From NCBI GenBank assembly GCA_021829645.1, contig JAKBPI010000004.1, positions 31,750-95,749 on the forward strand: a stretch of 64,000 bases of DNA, in the 5' to 3' direction. Made by a program: the position numbers and the translations under genes. This stretch comes from Actinomycetes bacterium. GTDB lineage: Bacteria; Actinomycetota; Acidimicrobiia; Acidimicrobiales; Bog-793. How positions within the stretch are numbered: position 1 is the first letter of the stretch; each line of letters opens with the position of its first letter. Under the pieces are notes generated by a model, which was given only the letters and a program-made list of their open reading frames with translations, searched no databases and was not told the origin of the DNA. Shown here piece by piece: positions 60,001 to 64,000 of the stretch.

Positions 60001-62964
60001 CTATCTGCTATGCCGATTTTTTTGTGCCGCTTCGACTGCTTTTTTCGTGCTCTCTTTTGCCAAAAGCGGCTTTAGGAAAAGGCCGGTATAGCTTTTAGCA
60101 ACAGCTGCCACTTCTTCGGGCGTGCCCGTAGCGACCAGAGTTCCGCCGCCAATTCCCCCTTCGGGTCCCAAATCAATGACATAGTCGCTCGTCTTTATCA
60201 CATCCAGGTTGTGTTCTATGACAATTATCGTATTGCCTTGATCAACTAGTTTTTGCAGCACTTCCAGCAATTTTGCAACGTCTTCAAAATGAAGTCCGGT
60301 GGTGGGTTCGTCTAAAATATACAAGGTATGCGAAGTAGATTTTTTAGATAATTCTGCGGCAAGTTTTACCCTTTGGGCTTCGCCTCCGGAAAGAGTAGGC
60401 GCACTTTGTCCGAGTCTTATATAGCCCAACCCTACGTCTACTAAAGTACTAAGGTATCTTGTAATTGAAGTCTGGGCTCCAAATACCTCCAAAGCTTCGG
60501 CACAGGGCATGTTCAGAATATCTGCGATGTTGTGTCCTTTCCATAGGACTTCCAAAGTATCCCGGTTGTAGCGGGTTCCGTTGCACAATTCGCAAGGTAC
60601 ATAAACATCTGGCAAAAAATGCATTTCTATTTTAATTGTGCCGTCTCCCGAACAGGCCTCACAACGACCGCCCGGTACATTAAACGAAAACCGGCCGGGT
60701 TGATAACCCCTTATCTTTGCCTCGTTGGTGGCAGCAAATAATTTTCTAATATGGTCAAATACACCTATATAGGTAGCCGGATTTGATCTGGGTGTGCGAC
60801 CTATGGGAGATTGGTCGATATCGACTACCTTGTCAATTTTTTCGACGCCTACCACTGAACGATGTCTACCCGGAGCCAACTTTGACTTATAGATCTTTTG
60901 CATGACTGATCTCAGTAAAATCTCGTTGACTAATGTGGACTTTCCTGAACCGGAAACTCCGGTGACGGCGGTCATAACTCCCAAAGGAAAGTCAACGTCA
61001 ATGTCTTTTAAATTGTTCTCCGCCGCTCCTTTGACACCTATAAAACCTTTATCCGTGGGACGACGCTTCTCTGGGACTTCAATTCGGCGTTTCCCGGATA
61101 GATAGCTTCCGGTTATAGAAGCTTCGTGTGCTATTACGTCGGACAAAGAGCCGGCGACTACCACTTCCCCACCGTGTTCTCCGGCAGCGGGACCTATGTC
61201 TACCAGATAGTCGGCCGAACGTATCATATCTTCGTCGTGTTCTACGACAATCACCGTATTGCCTAAGTTTTTTAGTCTTAGCAAAGTCGAAATAAGTTTA
61301 TGGTTGTCGCGCTGGTGAAGACCTATTGAGGGTTCGTCCAGTACATAAAGTACCCCTACTAAACCGCTGCCGATCTGTGAAGCCAGTCTTATCCTTTGAG
61401 CTTCTCCGCCAGCCAAAGTTGCCGCTGAGCGCGTTAGACTAAGATAATCCAACCCCACATCTATCAAAAATTGCAAACGAGATAAAATTTCTTTTAGCAG
61501 TCTTTCTGCTATCAATTGATCTCTTTTATCCAAATTGAAGGAAGATATCCTCTCAAAAGTCTCTTTGATAGAAAGAGAGGAGAGATCAGCTATATTTATC
61601 TCCCCTACCGTGACCCCCAACACTTCCTTGGAAAGTCTGGCGCCGTTGCACTTAGGACAGGGGATTTCTCTCATATAGCTTTCTATTTGTTCGCGCTGCC
61701 TATCGGATTCCACCTCCTGTCTTCTGCGCTGCAACCAGGGAATTACTCCTTCGAAGCGGGCATCAAAACGTCTTGTTCCCCCAAACCTACTCTTGAACGT
61801 AACGGGTAGCCGTTTTTGTACACCCGTTCCGTATAGCAAAACCCCCTGCTGTTCGCTGCTGAGTTTTTCCCAACTGAGATTCATGGGAATATCGGCATTC
61901 TCGCAAACAGATTTCAACAGTTGAGTGAAATAGTTGTTATGTGTGGCAGCCCAAGGCGCGATGACACCCTCCTGGATGCTCATGACAGGGTCGGTAATCA
62001 CCAACTCAGGATCGACTTCATAAACAGTACCCAAGCCGCTGCATTCCGGACAGGCTCCGTAGGGGGAATTAAAAGAAAAACTTCTTGGGGTAAGTTCGGG
62101 TATTGAGATTTGACAGTACGGACAGGCAAAATTCTCTGAGAAAACTAAAAGATTTTCCTGTTCTGCTTCAGCAGGTTTCCCCTTTTTACTTTTTGTACCC
62201 TGCTTTCCCTGCCCGCTCCGAGGGGTAACTGCGTCATTTTCTGACAGTAATAAAATTTCTGCCGTTCCTTCCGCTAATTTAAATGCCGTCTCCAAAGAGT
62301 CTGTCAATCTCCTTGTGATGTCGTCACCTAAAACCAGACGGTCCACTATAACTTGTATATAGTGCTGCTCGTATCTTCCAAGTTCAATTTGTGCCCTGTC
62401 TCGCAAGTCGTATTGGACGCCGTCGGCAATGACGCGGGTATAGCCGCTTTTAGCCAAATCATCCAACAGCGATACATATTCTCCTTTTCTTCCACGCACG
62501 ACGGGAGCCAATACATAAAACCTGGTGCCGTGCTCAAGAGTCATTATCCAGTCAACAATTTGTTGGGGGGATTGCTTAGTGATGAGTCTTGAACAATTGG
62601 GACAGTGAGGTTTTCCAATGCGAGCATAAAGAAGACGCAGGTAATCATAAATTTCCGTTACAGTTCCTACTGTAGAACGAGGATTGTGTGAAGTAGACTT
62701 TTGGTCTATGGCAATAGCCGGCGAGAGTCCTTCTATGAAATCAACATCCGGTTTGTCCATCTGTCCAAGGAATTGTCTGGCATAAGACGAGAGAGACTCC
62801 ACGTAACGGCGCTGTCCTTCGGCATAGATGGTGTCGAAAGCCAAAGAGGACTTTCCGGAGCCAGAAAGTCCGGTGAAAACTATCAGTTCATCTCTTGGGA
62901 GTTCCAAAGAGATATTTTTGAGATTGTGCTCTCTGGCGCCTTTGATGATCAGTGAATCAGACAT
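60001..62964 (-). CDS. uvrA: Excinuclease ABC subunit A
   Basis: Two ABC domains ([16 protein letters not shown]), Zn fingers, LSGGEAQR. Confidence 0.98.
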   Translation of the reverse strand: MSDSLIIKGAREHNLKNISLELPRDELIVFTGLSGSGKSSLAFDTIYAEGQRRYVESLSSYARQFLGQMDKPDVDFIEGLSPAIAIDQKSTSHNPRSTVGTVTEIYDYLRLLYARIGKPHCPNCSRLITKQSPQQIVDWIMTLEHGTRFYVLAPVVRGRKGEYVSLLDDLAKSGYTRVIADGVQYDLRDRAQIELGRYEQHYIQVIVDRLVLGDDITRRLTDSLETAFKLAEGTAEILLLSENDAVTPRSGQGKQGTKSKKGKPAEAEQENLLVFSENFACPYCQISIPELTPRSFSFNSPYGACPECSGLGTVYEVDPELVITDPVMSIQEGVIAPWAATHNNYFTQLLKSVCENADIPMNLSWEKLSSEQQGVLLYGTGVQKRLPVTFKSRFGGTRRFDARFEGVIPWLQRRRQEVESDRQREQIESYMREIPCPKCNGARLSKEVLGVTVGEINIADLSSLSIKETFERISSFNLDKRDQLIAERLLKEILSRLQFLIDVGLDYLSLTRSAATLAGGEAQRIRLASQIGSGLVGVLYVLDEPSIGLHQRDNHKLISTLLRLKNLGNTVIVVEHDEDMIRSADYLVDIGPAAGEHGGEVVVAGSLSDVIAHEASITGSYLSGKRRIEVPEKRRPTDKGFIGVKGAAENNLKDIDVDFPLGVMTAVTGVSGSGKSTLVNEILLRSVMQKIYKSKLAPGRHRSVVGVEKIDKVVDIDQSPIGRTPRSNPATYIGVFDHIRKLFAATNEAKIRGYQPGRFSFNVPGGRCEACSGDGTIKIEMHFLPDVYVPCELCNGTRYNRDTLEVLWKGHNIADILNMPCAEALEVFGAQTSITRYLSTLVDVGLGYIRLGQSAPTLSGGEAQRVKLAAELSKKSTSHTLYILDEPTTGLHFEDVAKLLEVLQKLVDQGNTIIVIEHNLDVIKTSDYVIDLGPEGGIGGGTLVATGTPEEVAAVAKSYTGLFLKPLLAKESTKKAVEAAQKNRHSR

Positions 62965-63027
62965 GGTATTTTGTATATTACAAATATATTCTCCGAATCA
63001 TACGGCAAATAAAAAAATAACTGCCGT

Positions 63028-63432
63028 TTACAAAAGTTCACCGAGGGCTATACCGATGCCGGCCAACAGCAAACCCATCACAAGGCTCAGGAAGATATTT
63101 AACAGAGCTGTTTTATAAAGACGCTTTTCGAAGAGAATAAGTGACTCAAAACTCCAAGTAGAAAAAGTTGTATAGGCTCCGCAAAACCCCAGGCCTAAAA
63201 AAGCCAAAAGTAAGGACGGCATGTGTCCTTTTAGGGATATGCCGGTTAGGAATCCGAGCAAAAATGATCCGGAAATATTTATGAAGTAAGTTCCGAAGGG
63301 AAAATCCGTGCTGCGAAGCGAGATACTTTTGCCGGACAGTGCGGTAGTAATCCTTTTATCCAAAAACATTCTGGCAGGAGCTCCCAAAGCCCCTCCCAAA
63401 ATAACCATCAACGCCATCATAAGTATTGCCAT
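63028..63432 (-). CDS. crcB: Fluoride channel CrcB/Fluc
   Basis: [33 protein letters not shown]. Confidence 0.95.
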   Translation of the reverse strand: MAILMMALMVILGGALGAPARMFLDKRITTALSGKSISLRSTDFPFGTYFINISGSFLLGFLTGISLKGHMPSLLLAFLGLGFCGAYTTFSTWSFESLILFEKRLYKTALLNIFLSLVMGLLLAGIGIALGELL

Positions 63433-63454
63433 CCCTTGTTCATACGAGAATCTA

Positions 63455-64000
63455 TCAACTATCAGCCGAAAGTGTTTCTTTGGAATCCGTCCGGATGTTT
63501 TCTTGGACTCTTAGGTAGAAATCCAACTTATAAAAAAATCTGGCCAACCCAACCCCTAAAAAGGTTGCCAGCAGACCCGCTACTGTAGCTGCCGCAAGAT
63601 AGATAAAGCCGACCGTGAAGTTATGACTTTTCAGGAGAAGAGATTCTTCGACCATAAACGTAGAAAAAGTGGTATAAGCTCCGCAAAACCCAGTGGCTAA
63701 AAGGGGCCTTGCCAGGGTCGACTTGGGAAATCTTTCCAAAATTAAGATGAGCACAAGTGCCAAGAAGAAAGTCCCGGTCATATTGATAACAAAAGTAGCG
63801 AGTGGAAAACCATCGGAAGGGGTTGCCACCAGGCCAGAAACAAAATAACGGGTGAGTGCCCCTACGGCTCCGGTGATACTCACGATTAAATAAAGATACT
63901 TTGTTTTTCTGATGGAAGATTGCCGGCTTGAAAGATCTTTGTCCATCTCTATATCCGGAGAGATATTGCGCAAATCGATGAAATGTTCGGAATTTTCCAT
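63455..64000 (-). CDS. crcB: Fluoride channel CrcB/Fluc, second copy (start at window edge)
   Basis: [33 protein letters not shown]. Confidence 0.93.
   Translation of the reverse strand: MENSEHFIDLRNISPDIEMDKDLSSRQSSIRKTKYLYLIVSITGAVGALTRYFVSGLVATPSDGFPLATFVINMTGTFFLALVLILILERFPKSTLARPLLATGFCGAYTTFSTFMVEESLLLKSHNFTVGFIYLAAATVAGLLATFLGVGLARFFYKLDFYLRVQENIRTDSKETLSADS

Noticed and set aside
62160-62245. Lys/Gly-rich insertion in UvrA as an intein or new domain
   Set aside because: About 25 aa of low-complexity loop with no splicing motifs.

Overview
AT-rich chromosomal segment whose gene content and order (WhiB, DtxR/IdeR, PdtaR-like ANTAR regulator, Lsr2-like protein, uvrC-rapZ-yvcK-gap-pgk-tpiA-secG, 4-domain RpsA) point to a flagellated, probably acidophilic actinobacterium, most likely Acidimicrobiia (inference). 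From left to right: fliS-fliD-fliC with a divergent giant multi-domain glycosyltransferase and a FliA/WhiG sigma factor; coaE and rpsA; a membrane-SCO fusion plus a secreted partner; polA, DtxR, ANTAR regulator and a menC-like gene; tRNA-Leu(CAA) with an AT-rich Lsr2-like/ABC1-kinase pair; a fabD fusion; tRNA-Val(GAC) next to about 4.5 kb of decayed foreign DNA (one GT2 gene, three IS3-family relics); a GT-C/GT2 pair; trpD and whiB; the rubrerythrin/Fe-S/DUF3501 cluster; a 1.2 kb GC-rich islet at the 3' end of tRNA-Leu(GAG) carrying a TGA-interrupted PD-(D/E)XK nuclease; a secreted CBM2-expansin-CBM2-CBM2-GH30 protein; an orphan DNA methyltransferase; and the glycolysis/uvr/crcB core. The best leads are the expansin-GH30 fusion with its palindromic operator, the integrase-less tRNA cassette, the triple-hairpin flagellin leader, the Arg-free flagellin and cap with their glycosyltransferase, a leaderless MHCCGW micro-ORF ahead of the SCO module, and an IS3 that resembles Saccharibacteria elements. 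All family calls come from recognising motifs by eye; no database searches were run.
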